Assembly (NCBI GenBank): GCA_035084275.1
Contig: CM068743.1
Span: 98,580,001 to 98,644,000 of the forward strand
DNA: 64,000 nucleotides
Direction of reading: 5' to 3'
Source of the DNA: Hydrolagus colliei
Taxonomy: Eukaryota
Shown here: one piece after another, positions 38,856-52,462 of the stretch
Numbering within the stretch: the first letter of the stretch is position 1
Layout: every line of letters begins with the position of its first letter
The notes under the pieces: generated by a model
Seen by the model: the letters and a program-made list of their open reading frames with translations, nothing else
Told to the model about the DNA's origin: nothing
Database searches by the model: none
Position numbers and translations under genes: made by a program

Positions 38856-40979
38856 CAGTGTCTTACAAGTTGAGGGAAATTGACTTTCAATGTCAGTGGC
38901 ATAAATGAAAGATAATTCCTACAGGTTGACACCTCAGTCACAGCCTTAAAAGTGAGTGTAAGTCTCCTCAAGTTCCGCTCCTCAGATATGCTCAGGTACA
39001 ACTTCTCAATCTCAAAATCTTGCCAAGGCGACAGGAGAAGTGAGCACTGTTTCACAAATACAAAGGTCAATTTCAGGACAGAAACTAGGAAATATTTATT
39101 TGTACAGAGAGGAATTAAAAACAGGAACAGGTTATTTGGAAGGATGGTGGAGGCCAAATAGCTTAGGCTCATCAAATAAATGATTTGATAATGTAATAGG
39201 TATTTTAGTGGAATCTAAGCTTTATCCAAAGCATTAATTATCTGACAATATACTTCACAAGGGCTTTCAAGTACAGTAAGCCTGATGTCTTCACTGTTCT
39301 TCATAGTGAATTTCCAAGTTAGAAGGTGCAATATAGCAATAGCCTGGTTGAAGGCCCTACCATAGTCAGACAGCGATATTACTTCTTTGCGGCAGAGTGA
39401 AGAGTCCAGATCTCATGTCTCATTTCTCTCTTACATTTGGTCATTCAACCCTTCGTGCTCATACAGTTCGGGAAAATTAGTATGGAAGCATCATCATGGA
39501 GACATGGGAAAATGGGTGGAAAATACAAAATGTTATACTTATTCACAAGAACAAAAAATATGCAGTAAGGATTCTCATACTGCAGAGTTCAATAATAGTT
39601 TGAAAATATCATACCCAGTTTCAATTGCAAATATTAAGCAAGTTTAAGAAATCCAAGATATATATATTGTGTTTTAATTCGATTAAATTAAATGTAGAAC
39701 ATACTGAACTGTGCTATCAAAGGATATGACTGCATGCATTGAACCAATTTCTAATTTGATTTCTTGCAATGATTCTTAGCACAAATTTTCCACACTTGAA
39801 ACTGATTTAAATTCGTATGGCCAACATTGATTTGCCCGATTCCTGTTTACAATGCAGACATGGTTGATACTGGAATCATAAAGACAGCTGTTACCATTAC
39901 GTAGCTCCATTGACTCAAATTACCAACCTGGCATAGTTGCTAATATTGTCTAATTTACATTGTTTCTAAACAGGATTCCTTGATAAGGAATACAAATGTC
40001 ACAAACCGGGACTTCACTAAATGGAACTACTTTACATCTAACTTGATTCAATGGAGTTTTGCTGCTTTGATAGCAAAGTGCCTTCAGATCACAGGAATTC
40101 TAATGGTTTTTTTTATGAAGGAATATTTTCAAATGCAAGTAAGACCCAAAATCTTTATTAAATAGGAAATCACTGATGTGTTTTACCTCTTAAAACTTAA
40201 ACCCCTCTACATCTACAAAAACTGCTAATAATTATGATCCTATTACACTTTTACACATTTGTTTTAACTTTCTAGCAATGCTCATTAGGGTTGTTACCAA
40301 TGTGCACATTTTACTGACTGTGGTGATTGTATTAACATCGTTAAATCAGATTTTCATCCAGCTTGCTCCACTTTTCTCTCTGTGGGAGAGCAATTTGCAC
40401 ATGAAACTTTAAAAAGAATAGTTTAGAACCATGAATAGTCTTCTCATTTTCTATTTCCTTCTGTCCATAGAATAGTTCTTCCTATCACTTGTATTCTTGG
40501 TACCATCCTAGTAAATCTGATTTGCAACCTCTCCAATGCCTTGACATCCTTCCTAAAGTGTGGTGCACAGAACTGAACACAGTACTCCATCTGAGGTCTA
40601 ACCAATGTTTTATAAAGGTTCTTCTTAACTTCCTGATTTTTGTATTCTATGCCCCTATTTATAAAGCCTAATATCCCATATGATTTTTAAAAAAATGTCC
40701 TACCTTTTCCCTTTGTGAGAATGTATTTGTTCTGTTCCCGAACTATCTCCTCCTTGAAGGCTTCCCATTGCCTGTTAACTGTTTTACTTGCCAATCTTTC
40801 TTTCCAGTCCACCTTGGCTATGTCCCTCTTTAACTCATTTAAATCAGCCCTCTTCTAGGAGTATCTTCACCTTTGATTGTTCTTTGTCCCTTTCCATAAG
40901 CACTCTAAACTTAATGATGTTGTAATCTCTCTTTGGAACTCCATCCGACAATCCCTTCACCTTGTTCCCTTCCTTATAT

Positions 40980-41288
40980 AATAATAATAATCCTTGCATT
41001 TGATATAGTGCATTTCACATCTTAGTCTTCTAAACATCTTAAAGTGTTTTACAGAATATACTGTAAAGTGAATTGACTGTATATTTGTGGGCGAAAAGCA
41101 GCAGACAATTGCGCACAGCACTGTCCCACAAACAGTTGTGGATTGAAATGACCAATATATTAAGGTTTTTTGGGGAGGAATTATTATTAGGTATGTGGAG
41201 TAAGGAAACTTGCCCAACGTTTCGCCTTGCCTGGATTCGAACACAAGTCGCATGCTTATAAGGCGAATGCTCTAACCACTGAGCTACA
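40980..41288 (-). mobile_element. tRNA-head SINE, near full length
   Basis: Ends gctctaaccactgagctaca, the reverse complement of the A box. Confidence 0.9.
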
Positions 41289-41551
41289 TTGACAGATGAC
41301 AGAAAACAGACAAAGGATGGTGAGGCTAGATGCAGTGAGATCATGTGAGGTGGGGTTTTGAACTCAGTTCGACTCAGGTGCAAATAATAATAATCCTCAC
41401 ATTTCATATAGCACCCTATCACGTCTCTGAGATGTTTCAAATATACTATAATGTGAATGCCTATTTTGTGGTCGAATCGCAGTAGACAACTGCACGCAGC
41501 AGTGTCCCCCAAACAGTCATGGATCGAGTGATCAATATATTATTATAAAAT

Positions 41552-41650
41552 GGAGTCCTGTAGCTCAGTGGTTAGAGCATTCACCTTACAAGTGTGAGAC
41601 CTGTGTTCAAATCCAGGCAGGTCAGGCGAAACCTTGGGCAACTCCACACA
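41552..41650 (+). mobile_element. tRNA-head SINE, head only
   Basis: ggagtcctgtagctcagtggttagagc...gttcaaatcc...ccttgggcaa. Confidence 0.85.
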
Positions 41651-42089
41651 CCCAAGTCTAAGTGGACACCCAAGTGTCCACTTAGACAAGTGTCTAGTTG
41701 CCACCTCCCCTCCTTTTTTCCTTCCCTTTCCTTCCGGAATACATTATAGGCAGGAATATGCACCTCCCTTTCCTGCCCTTGTTTGAGCCAGGTCTCTGTT
41801 ATTGCCACTGTATCACAATCCCATATGGCATCTTGAGCCTGCAGCTCACCAATCTTATTTGTCACAGTCTGCGCATTTATGCACTCCAAGATCGACTGAG
41901 TCTGCTCTACATTTCTAATCCCTCCTTCTTTTGGACTACTCCTTATGACATTGCTATGTGCACCAGGATCTTGAATTGAATCCTCTGGGTGATGGAGAGC
42001 CAATGGAATGGGGGAGATGGGGTTGCAGAGCTTGGAGCGGTAGAGGACACGGCTGCAGAGTTCTGGATTATCCACAGCCTATGGAGTGA

Positions 42090-42320
42090 GAAACTGTGAA
42101 TTTATGGAACTTTCTACCCCGAAAGGCTTAAGATGCTCAGATGAACATATTCAAAACCGAGGATGATAGATTTCTTGTGGATGAAGGGATTAAAGGATAC
42201 TGGGATAAGGCGGGTAGCTGGAGTTAGATTAGAAGATCAGCCGTGATTTTATTGAATGGCGGGAACGCTCGAGGGGCCGAATGGCCAACTCCTGCTCCAA
42301 ATTCTTTTGTTCTTATGTGT
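42090..42320 (+). mobile_element. CR1 3' end
   Basis: gctcgaggggccgaatggccaactcctgctcc...ttcttatg. Confidence 0.8.
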
Positions 42321-43572
42321 CATCACTCTCATTGGTATTCAGTACAGAGAATTGGCTTGAGAGTGCCATACTCTCAGGATATTTCTGCACTGCCCAACCC
42401 GTCTTCCTACCTTACTTGGTGGTCACCCATTCACTCTGCTTCTCAACCCTCTGGGGCTGTGGAGTGAGCACCTGCAGAATTGTTTGATCCATGGACTCTT
42501 CAGCTTCCTGGATGCTGCGTACTGTCTCCAGTCTCTTCTCAAGCTCATAAGCCCTGAGCTGAAGCTGAAGCAGCTGGAGGCACTTCCTACACACATGTTT
42601 TATATTGTTTTAATATAACTATTGTATATTTTATAATAATGTGCCTCTTTCTTCCTCTGCACTGAATTCCCACTCTCACCAAATTCTCTAACAGAATTCT
42701 CACTCTTTTCCACTTCACTCAGTTCCCTCCTCGGTCTACTGGGCTCTCTGCTCAATGGTAGAGATGTAGGTTGGGATGACCACAGCAGTCCAATTTATTT
42801 CAACATTTAAAGGAAAACATTACGCTCCAGCTAATAACTTATCTTTAGCACACATAACACTCCTCCATTATTTAGTTTCTGGTACTATTTTCTTTAAATC
42901 AATTTAGCCATGCAATGAAAGAGTTTCAAATTGAACGTTTTCTATATATCTGACAGAAGCCATTAAGTATTTTGGAAACATCATTTGCAGCTTTTTGTCA
43001 TAAAGTAATGATGCCTTTAGCATTTTCCAACAGCAGGATCAGTAATGAGAATTTTCTCCCATGCCTAGTGCACAAGGAAAGAATTCCCTGAATACTTCTT
43101 AATAAATTATATCTGACAATGTTGAGCCATACATAGGAAAAACAAAAGAAAATACAGAGACACAGTTAATGATTTTCAATCTATTATTTTGGTCTATTTT
43201 TTCTAATTTGTTTAGATAAACAGAACAAATGTATGAAACAGACATAGCAATGTTAACAGGACATAATTCCAAGGTATATTTTCTGATATACACCATGAAA
43301 TGAAAAAAATATTGAAATTTCATAAAAACTAATTGTAACAAGTTTGTCTTTTAAATTCCTATACAGTCATGGATATATGATCATTAAAAGCACCTTTGTG
43401 ATTCATGATCTTGACATATTCATGCTATTGTCAGCCACCTTATGCCTTATTGCCTGGCTACAAGGAGATAATAATAATAATAATCATCATCATTCTTGCA
43501 TTTGATATAGAGCCTTATCAATTTTTTTGATGCAATTTTTTCAGTCTTGCCCTGATCAAGTGAAAATTGGCT

Positions 43573-43875
43573 ATAATAATAATAATCCTTGCATTTAATA
43601 TAGAGCTTTTCACATCTTCTAGACATCTCAAAGCGCTTCACACTATATGTTGGTAAGTGAATTGACTATATATGTGGGCGAAATGCGGCAGCCAATTGCA
43701 CACAGCAGTGTCCCACAAACAGTCGTGGATTGAAATTACCAATTTTTTTTGAGGGATTGTTATTAGGTGCGTGGAGTAAGGAAACTTGCCCAAGGTTTCA
43801 CACTGACCTGCTTGGAATGAACCCATGTCTCTCACATGTAAGTCGAGTGCTCTAACCATTGAGCTACAGGACTCC
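43573..43875 (-). mobile_element. tRNA-head SINE, full length, flanked by further tails at ~43470 and ~43920
   Basis: Ends gagctacaggactcc. Confidence 0.9.
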
Positions 43876-44769
43876 AAATTATATTTCAAGCTCAAAATTA
43901 CTATCAAACCTGCAGCTGTAATAATAATTATTATAATATTTGCATTTGATGTAGCACCTTATCATGACTTCAAGGCACCTCAAAGTGCTTCACATAATAT
44001 ACTCTAAAGTGAATTGACTATGTTTTGTGGGTGAAACGCCGCAGCCGATTGTGTATAGCAGTGTCTCACACATATAGCTTATAATGAGTCATATGGAAGC
44101 CACCCTAACCTAAAATTTTCTCCATCAGAGACTAAACGACTACAACCTGAGGACTGAGATCAGGGATTCAGTGACAGCAGAAAGTTTAGCCTCAAAGAGG
44201 GAGACCTTTATTGGTATCTTCAGCTGTGGAATTTTCTTATACTGGAAATTATAACCAAATTCAAATCAACATAACTTTTTGGGAATCCATCTTTTCATTT
44301 CAGGAGTTGGGCTTGGATCAGTCTCTCAATGTTTTCCATAGTAGTCTTCATGCAAAGGACAAAAACAAACATTTGAGGGATGCAGACAAATCTGATTCTG
44401 CATCACACCTGAGGGGACTCATCGTCATGCTGAAGAGTATCCAAACTAAATGTAGACTGAGGGTTCCACATATCTATGCCTCTTAAACATGGACAGTTCC
44501 CTATAAAGAAAATGAAATTTGATCTTTATTCTTGGAAGTATATATCCTATTTGCTTAATTCTGGACTCTTAGATAAGAATTGGCAAGAAACGAGGCTCTG
44601 TGACCCCAAACTGTACACTGGGGATATAAGTACCTATGACCACAGAGATGGCACGGTGTCTGCTAGCTATCGATTAATAGCATTGATTTACAGGAATAAC
44701 GTGAGCAGATCGGGAAAAATCCCTGACCTGTGTGTAGATTAGGTGAACCTGTGCAACCTAGGTTTCTTT

Positions 44770-45235
44770 CCCAGCTTTCCTTCCTACTCCACATCAGATC
44801 CCTGACTGCTTTCCTCCACTGCCACATTGTCCAACTCTGACCATATCTTTCACTTTAATGCAGCAAAACGCTAATTCATGCATTCATCACTTCCCAACTG
44901 AATTTTTCCAATCCCTCCTAGTCTCCTTATCTCTAAACCATTCATAAAATCCAATTAATTGAAAACCCTATTACCCTTATCCTCACCCACATCAAACTCT
45001 GCACTATTCCAGTCCTTCCCAGGGTCCACTAGCTTCCTATTGCAAAATTGATTAATTTCAGGATTCTCACACATGTAAAAATCATGCATGTCCTGGCACC
45101 TCTCTACCTTTATAAGCCCAATCTTCCATCCACATTCTTCACTCAGCTGGCTTTGGCTTTCTTTCTGCATGTCCCTTGTCAGCTTCAGTCCACTATCAGT
45201 GACCATGCTTTAAAGCATTCCCCCAAATTATACAA
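44770..45235 (+). mobile_element. Degraded L2 3' fragment
   Basis: ctaattcatgcattcatcacttcccaactg (LIHAFITSQL). Confidence 0.75.
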
Positions 45236-46389
45236 CTTTATAATAATAATCCTTGCACTTGATATAGCTCTTTCTACCTTAATCCTTTTGACTTATCTGT
45301 TCTTGATCATCTTCAGATCATAGAAGATGTATGAAAGGCGTATGAAGGCGTATCATTTCCTAGCTTGGCATCAATGCTCTAAGACATTACTCGCATGAAG
45401 ACAAACTGTTGCTGCTATATGAATGCAAATTGTTGTTGCTTCACAGGATATTAACTGAAATTTGCCAGTATTTTATTTTTATCTGTGCTCATATGCTGAT
45501 CTCTGTGATCAGGCACAGGAATGAATGCGAGATTTGTTGGGCCCAAGAAAACCATTGTTTGCAGCTACACATAAGATACAAAGTAGACTTAATAGATCAG
45601 GAAGTATTTAATTGCTGGATTCAGAATTTTTAAAAATTAAATTTGGACCTGCTAACCGATAGTTGACACCTATATTATCCATAATGGCAGCAACCATTTT
45701 GGAAACTGGCCTTAGGAGCAACCCATTGTGCTGAAGTCAGTGAGAGAGTTGAGTTCCATGGTCAGTTTTTAGAAACAGATGTAAAAATTAGGTAAAAGAC
45801 AGTATATCTCAAAATGGTAATTATCACAAAATCACTATAAAATGATAATGATCATATTAAATCTGCTACAAAATGTTGCTTTTTTCACGATAATCTACTA
45901 AATGATGAATTTAAGTGCCAAGATGAAATGCTGCTTTGGACTGGATACAGGAGTGTCCTTAGCATTAAATCTAATTTGCTTTCTACAAGGTTTTCTTTTA
46001 AGTATAGGTTTTCAAAAGGGCAGATTATATTATGCGTTTCATGTAAACTCACAGGCTTTGATTCATCTGCAACAGTGCAGTCATTTAAGCTACTTGAATT
46101 TCTACTTGCTAGAGGATAAATGACCTTAAGTAATATTTGATCTTAACAGATATCCAGTAATAATAAAAAAAAGTGTGGAGTATATGATTGTAGTCTCATA
46201 TTAAATTGTTCACTCCATTGAATTAAATATTACATGAAATATGAAGCATTTCTTTTCTGTAGCAAAAGGCATGTTACTGGGGAGAGAGTGATATCCGGTG
46301 GTGTGTTACTGTGGAGTGATGCTGATGGTGTGATACAATGGAGGGAGTGGAAGTAATGATGGATTGCTTACGGTGGAGAGTTATTAGGT

Positions 46390-46660
46390 TGTTAAATTAA
46401 GATCCTGTTATCCTATTCAGGTGAACGTTGAAGATTCCATGACACTAGACAGAAAAAGAGAAGGGAGTTTTTTCTGGCCAAAAATCCTCCAATTAATAGG
46501 AACCATTCAATTCATGATTGTTTGTGGGACATTGCCATGTGCAAATGATGCTGCATTCACTGCACAGTCATGACAGTTTATAGTAAATTCTATGAAATGC
46601 TTTGAAATGTGTTGATGATGTGAGAAAATACTACTGTATATTAAATTCAAGGCTTATTAT
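46390..46660 (+). mobile_element. Ancient Deu-domain SINE (SacSINE1/AmnSINE1-like)
   Basis: tcaggtgaacgttgaagattccatgacacta...gaagggagtt...ctggccaa...gtttgtgggac.ttgc follows the Deu domain as I recall it. Confidence 0.65.
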
Positions 46661-47929
46661 TTTGTTTACTACTTTGTTATCATCAGGAGCTGGAGTGTAG
46701 ACCCACGTTTATAAGTATATATCAAGGTCTTCAGTATGATGGAATATTATGATGGAATGGTAGAATCATCCCCAAATTCTCATTGCAGGATCAGATATGA
46801 CCTGTGACCTATGGTTTTGTAGATTTGAAGACACAAACATTGATGACAATATGCACAAACTGAACCATAGAGTTAAAGGAACAGGTTCCTTTGCAATTAT
46901 AATTGTTTGCCATACCAACATGTTAATACCCTCTATATCAGGTTGTACCATTGTAGCATCAAATCTAACAACCACCAATGATTCTGGTCTTCGAGCTGCA
47001 CATAGTTGAAGAAATTACTGAGTAAACTAATAGTGTGCCAACATCGAGCAATTAAAATGGCACAATTAGTTTATATGGTTTGCAATTTTTTGTCTCTCCC
47101 ACACAAAAGGGCATTCATTACTATGGTTTCATTTATTTTACTCCCAAATCACACCATCCTTTTTATTGAATATTTATAACCTAACTGCACGAAAATTCTG
47201 TACCGTAAAGTTTGCATCCAAAGCATCCCAAAATTTCCAGTCAATTATAGCAAGCTTTGTTGTCAACTCTCTGTGCATCATTGCTTCAGAACGTGCCTTT
47301 GAGAGTTTCAAACAAAAGCAGGTGTTCTGAATGTCAGGAAGCTCTTGTCTGTAAAATGCATTGGCTAGGGTCTCTGAGGGACACTATTTTTACACTAAAT
47401 CTTTTCATAACATAGGTAAAGCTCCCCATTCTTGCATTTTTGTCTTTTCCAGTGAATGTTCCCCCCAAAATTGCATAGTTTTGTGCAAAGGTAATATCAG
47501 TTGCCTCCTTTTTGTCCAACTATTTGTCTTGCATAACTTCCTCATTCATTCTTAATCACTGTCAGTACCATTCATTATCTGTCTTTCCAAGCCTCATAAA
47601 GGAGAATCCACTCATTCAAGCATGGAGAAATAATAAGGAGCTGGTGTAGAAATGTTGTCAATTCCTTACACATTTGGTCTAAGAAATTGTTAAAGCTATA
47701 AATCTATAATATCAGTCTATCTCTACGTCTGGTACTAAAATTGTTAGCAGCCAAAAGCAGATCTGTTTCAAATGTGGTACACTCATAGAAAAGGTTGTAA
47801 AAATATGCTGTCTAAACATAATACTTTTCATCATATAATCTTCAGAGTATTCTTGCATATTGTACCTGAATGAACTTCATAGACTGTCAAGTAATGCCTT
47901 TAATCTGGCTTAATTTACGTCATTAATAA

Positions 47930-48205
47930 CAACACCAACAAACAACAAAATTACACTTATAGAGAAGAGAACCTTTCACATCGGGAGGACGTCCCAAGGC
48001 GCTGAACAGTCAGGACGGAACCTGAGCAAGGGAGAGGGGTAGGGTAGGGGGAGGGGCAGGAGAGAGTTAGGAGGGGAGGGACAGAGTTGGGAGGGCAGCA
48101 GAAGGCACAGTCAAAGAGGAGGGACTTGAGACCGGTCTTGAAGGAGGTGAGGGAAGGAGCGATGAGAAGGGACTGTGGGATGGAGTTCCAGAGTGTGGGG
48201 GCAGT
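47930..48205 (-). mobile_element. L2 3' end
   Basis: Same tail as the copy at 2581. Confidence 0.8.
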
Positions 48206-48531
48206 CAGTGTACAAACACTATAGCTTGTATATTATTTGTATATGTAATATCTAATTGTGTTGACCAAATTAAATATTTTATTCTTAGATTGGTCACATA
48301 AATGAAAATGGAGTGCATACTTTTTGTGCCAAATTGGTTGCCGTGTTCACCCAAAATCCACAGCAATTTACACAGGAGCTCTATCATGACGTCCATTTCT
48401 GCACAACAATATCCCACGATGAGTTATGAAGTGAATTGGATGATTGTTGGCCACAACATCAGGAGAATCTCCCTTCTCTTTTGTATGTACAGTATCATGC
48501 TATGAGATCTTTAACATCCACTGAACAGGTA

Positions 48532-48948
48532 TGTTGGGAAATGGAGGTACTGTATTAAAAAAAATTATAGTTATGGTGGAAAAGTATAAAGATAGGAGAG
48601 AAAGAGTAGCCCTTTACAACAGTTGGGGAGTGTCTCAGAGTAAACCGAGATCTCCAGCCTGCCACTGTTGTCCAGAACTACTGGAATGGATCATGGTTCC
48701 AGTTGTTTTGTTTTACAGACAGAGAAGGGTTAGTTAGAGACGGAAAGTTAGAAGGATTAAGTATTGTGAGAAGCCTGAACCTGACTTATGGTGTAACAGC
48801 CTGAATCCAGCATTATTTCTACATAGAAATGGTAGTATGATTCTTTTACTCTATCATTCTAAAATTGCTGATAATCATTATATCACTATACCTTTATTAA
48901 GGATTGTTGGATCATTATTTTGAACTCTCGGGATTGCAAATCCCAACA
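48532..48948. mobile_element. Solo LTR (417 bp) inserted in an antisense Deu-SINE
   Basis: TGTTGGGA...TCCCAACA (perfect 8-bp inverted termini); flanks GGTA / AGTA; the host SINE reads through when the LTR is removed (...catccactgaacaggta|gatgggacctcaggttaacatctc). Confidence 0.75.
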
Positions 48949-50469
48949 AGTAGATGGGACCTCAGGTTAACATCTCTGAAGTCTACAATACACATGATCA
49001 CTCCATTTTACAGCATATGCTGTGAAGCACTTGGGATGTCCTCCCAATGTACAAGGCACTGAACTAAATTGAATCATAGAATTGTACAGCACAGAGGAAG
49101 GTCATTCTGCCCATCGTGCCCATGCCAGCTCTTGAAAGAGCTTTCCAAATTGATTCCATTCTCTCTTAAAAGCACAGTCTTTTCAATTTGTCCGACACAA
49201 ATATCTATGATTTGTAAGGATTATTATTATGGTTCTGTAATGCTTAAATATGTATAAATATATCCAAGTAAATCATAGAAAATTAAAATTGAGAAAAATG
49301 TTCAAAGGTTACAGCAGACTACTAAACTAATTTATTTGCATGTTTGTAACATAAAATAAGAATAATTTGCATACTTACAACCATACTAATTTGCTTTACA
49401 ACAGTCTGATATACGCTGTGTGCCCTCTTCCTACAACCCAACTGTTGAACTGTTGTCTGATCCCTTATGTGCTCATTCGTCTCACTCAGTGCATCGCATA
49501 TTTGTACGAGATGGAAAGTTTGCGGGATCTCCCAAAGATATGTGCCTCCATGATGGAAGAGGAAAACATGGTGGGCATGGCCACCTCATATATCCAATAA
49601 TTTCAGGAATGTGGTGTCACTACAGCTCAATACATCCCCTTTGAAGTTTCCTTGATGGGGAGTCAAATTTCCCAACAAATTTCTTCCTGGCCTCTGTTGT
49701 GATCAGTAATTCACCATGTGCTGTCCTATCATTTCACATGTCCTCTGACACTCTTTGACTAGTGAAGTACTGTGCCCCCTTCCCCCACCACCCCTCTTCC
49801 CACTTCTCTTCTTTATTCTCTCCCTCCTCGACAAGAAGGCTGATAGTGACCACCTGCTCAAGAAATTATTCAAGCTTTCACTTGAAGTTTGGCTGTGTTT
49901 TTTTTTAGCTCAGTGCCAGAAATATTGGAGAGGTTACAGGGCACAGGAAGAAGAGATAATGTTATGGGTACAAAGAAGAGGGAAACCATAGAGCACACAA
50001 TAGAACCATTCTATTCGTGCTGGTACTTTGAAAGAGCAATTTGTTCAGTTTCATTTACCTGTCTTTTCCGCATAACCCTCCAAATCAATCATTTTAGATA
50101 TTTATGTATTTTCCTCTTGAAACTGTGTGACGCCTACTTTGACCACCTCATTCAGCAGGGCAGTCCATATCCTGACAAACATACCATTTTATTAAAGACC
50201 TTCATCACATTTCCCCTCAACCTCTATATTCCATGATAAAAGGCTCTGTTCACAAGCCCAAAATAGACCTAGTTTCTCTGGTCTCTGCCAATAGATCAAA
50301 CCACTTAGCTTGGTATCATGTGGGAAAATAACCTCTCAATCCTTCATACAGTAGAGTGAAATGAAACTGGACAGAAAACTCAAACTGCAGTCTAAATAAC
50401 AAACTATACGGGTTAAATATCACTCATTCAGTTTTATATTCTTCACTTTATAATAAAGATTTGACCTTA

Positions 50470-50745
50470 TAATCTAGGGCTGACATTCCACAATGGGAGA
50501 GCACTGCATTATCAGATGTGTTGTCCTCTAGACAATGTATCATGTCTTTAGGCAGATGTTAAAGATCTCATGGTGCTACTCAAAAATGAAAGCTTGTTTT
50601 TATTCCAAGTGTGCCAATTTTGCAAATGAGTTCATCATTCACCTAATAGCTTTATGCGTATCCTTGCTGTGTGATTCATTTTCCTACAAAACAATGATTG
50701 CTGTGAAGACTTATAAGGTACTATAGGTACTGTAAAAATGCACGT
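50470..50745 (+). mobile_element. Ancient Deu-domain SINE
   Basis: aatctagggctgacattcca...gatgttaaagatctcatggtgcta...ccttgctgtgtg. Confidence 0.6.
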
Positions 50746-52145
50746 CATTTATTATATGTTCAGGTCCCATTTTAAACAAACAATGAAGCACCGCTGAACA
50801 CTACTTCAAACTAGGAACTTAAAATATGTTTGCAGTCAGGTTACTGAATATCTTCATGTCCTATTGCTCATTGCATGCGTTCTATAAATGAATCCAAACA
50901 ACAAAACCTGCGAGGCTGAATAGTGTGATGGCAGCTTGTGAGCTCTTAGTCATGATTCAATTTTAGATTTGTTGCTGTATTCATTAAAAAAAATGTTGTG
51001 ACTCCAAATAAATTCAGCATTCTGAGAACCCATGTGTTGTGTTTAGATGGAATTTTCTCTTTTGGGTGAAATTATCCGTCTAACATGTAGTTTAACTTGA
51101 GTGATTTGTGAAGCATTGACTATGAATTGAATGGCTGAAAACTGACATCCAGCATTCAGCATATACATTTACCTATAAATGTATATTGCCAAATTTGTTT
51201 GCTGCTAAACATATACTGTAAATTAGATTGAATGTTTGCGCACAGAAATGTTCCAGCAATGGAGCATATATCCTATTAGGAGCTTTGAGATATCTTCCCG
51301 ATGTGAAATGCACAATATTGAATGTAAGAATTATTATTTATTATCCGTGAACTTGGGTGCTACTTTATAGTTGAATGCTGGAAGTCAGAAGTATAGTCTG
51401 ACTTCACACAGGTCACCAGTGAGAGGTGAGGGGAGAAGAGGCATTGTTGTTAGAATCATAACCAATGCTAAATTTGTAAATTAAATTGCACGTTCCACTC
51501 CATTGTTGCATTCAAAACCCGAATTAGAGCTCATCAGTTTGCAAACACTGTGGGAGTTTTTCTCACATACACTGCAATCCACATTTGATCAGTAGAGGGC
51601 AAGAACATTCAGTTTTGAGAAGCTGCGGTCACAGTTCTCTTAAAAAAATACCTGGATTGGTAAATACCGAAATTCTGCTCCAACATGATCTGAGAAGCTC
51701 CTCTGCTAAATAAATGCAATTTGTTGTTGTTTTGGGTGGTTAGTGAAATTTACAACCTGTAATAATGCCCGTACTGCTAATTAATTGACAGAATGTACAA
51801 TTTCAAATTATGATTTTTCTGAGAACAAGTGGCGAGGATGGAGTAATGGAAGTATGGAGCTCCGTGGCAAGAGAAGATATGGGCTGCAGAGTTTTAGGTG
51901 AATTTTAGCTTATGAAGGGTGTAACTAAAGAAGTACATGAGGAAACAATTCTGACTCCAAGGTGATAAGAACATGGTTGATGTTTAGATGGGGGTACAAC
52001 AGGATGCTGGAGGGAAATGTTTCGAAGATGGGAGAAAACAGTTTTGGATGTAGGGTTTAAAGAGATCTGAACAATCACATATAACACCAAGGTATGTACT
52101 GGTAGAGTTAGCTTGAAAGAATGCTGGGAGAGGTGAGAAGATAAT

Positions 52146-52462
52146 GAGTCCTGTAGCTCAGTGGTTAGAGCACTCGCCTTACAAGCGATAGACCTGGGTT
52201 TAATTCCAGGCAGGGTGAAACCTTGCGCAAGTTTCCTTCCACCACACACCTAATAATAATCCCTCGAAAAAACAATAATAAATTGGTCATTTCGTTCTAC
52301 GACTCTTTGTGGGACACAGCTGTATGCAATTGGCTGCTGTGTTTCACCCACATATACTGTATACAGTCAATTCACTTTATAGTATATCATGTGAAGCACT
52401 TCGAGACGTATTGAAGATGTTAAAAGTGCTATATCAAATGCAATAATTATTGTATTATTATT
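52146..52462 (+). mobile_element. tRNA-head SINE, full-length short form with the best-preserved head
   Basis: gagtcctgTAGCTCAGTGGttagagcactcgccttacaagcga...GGTTTAATTCC. Confidence 0.9.

Larger units (their letters stand above)
40470..42600 (-). mobile_element. Fragmented but colinear CR1 LINE (ORF1, EN, linker, RT C-terminus) broken by younger insertions
   Basis: ORF1 CRKCLQLLQLQLRAYELEKRLETVRSI (42412-42594); EN NKIGELQA...VAITETWLK...YNVFRKER (41695-41960); linker 40720-40975; LEYCVQF-type motif near 40570. Confidence 0.8.

Noticed and set aside
46750-47900. Coding-looking minus-strand stretch, possibly a decayed transposase
   Set aside because: Multiple stops and no motif I could assign; needs a translated search.
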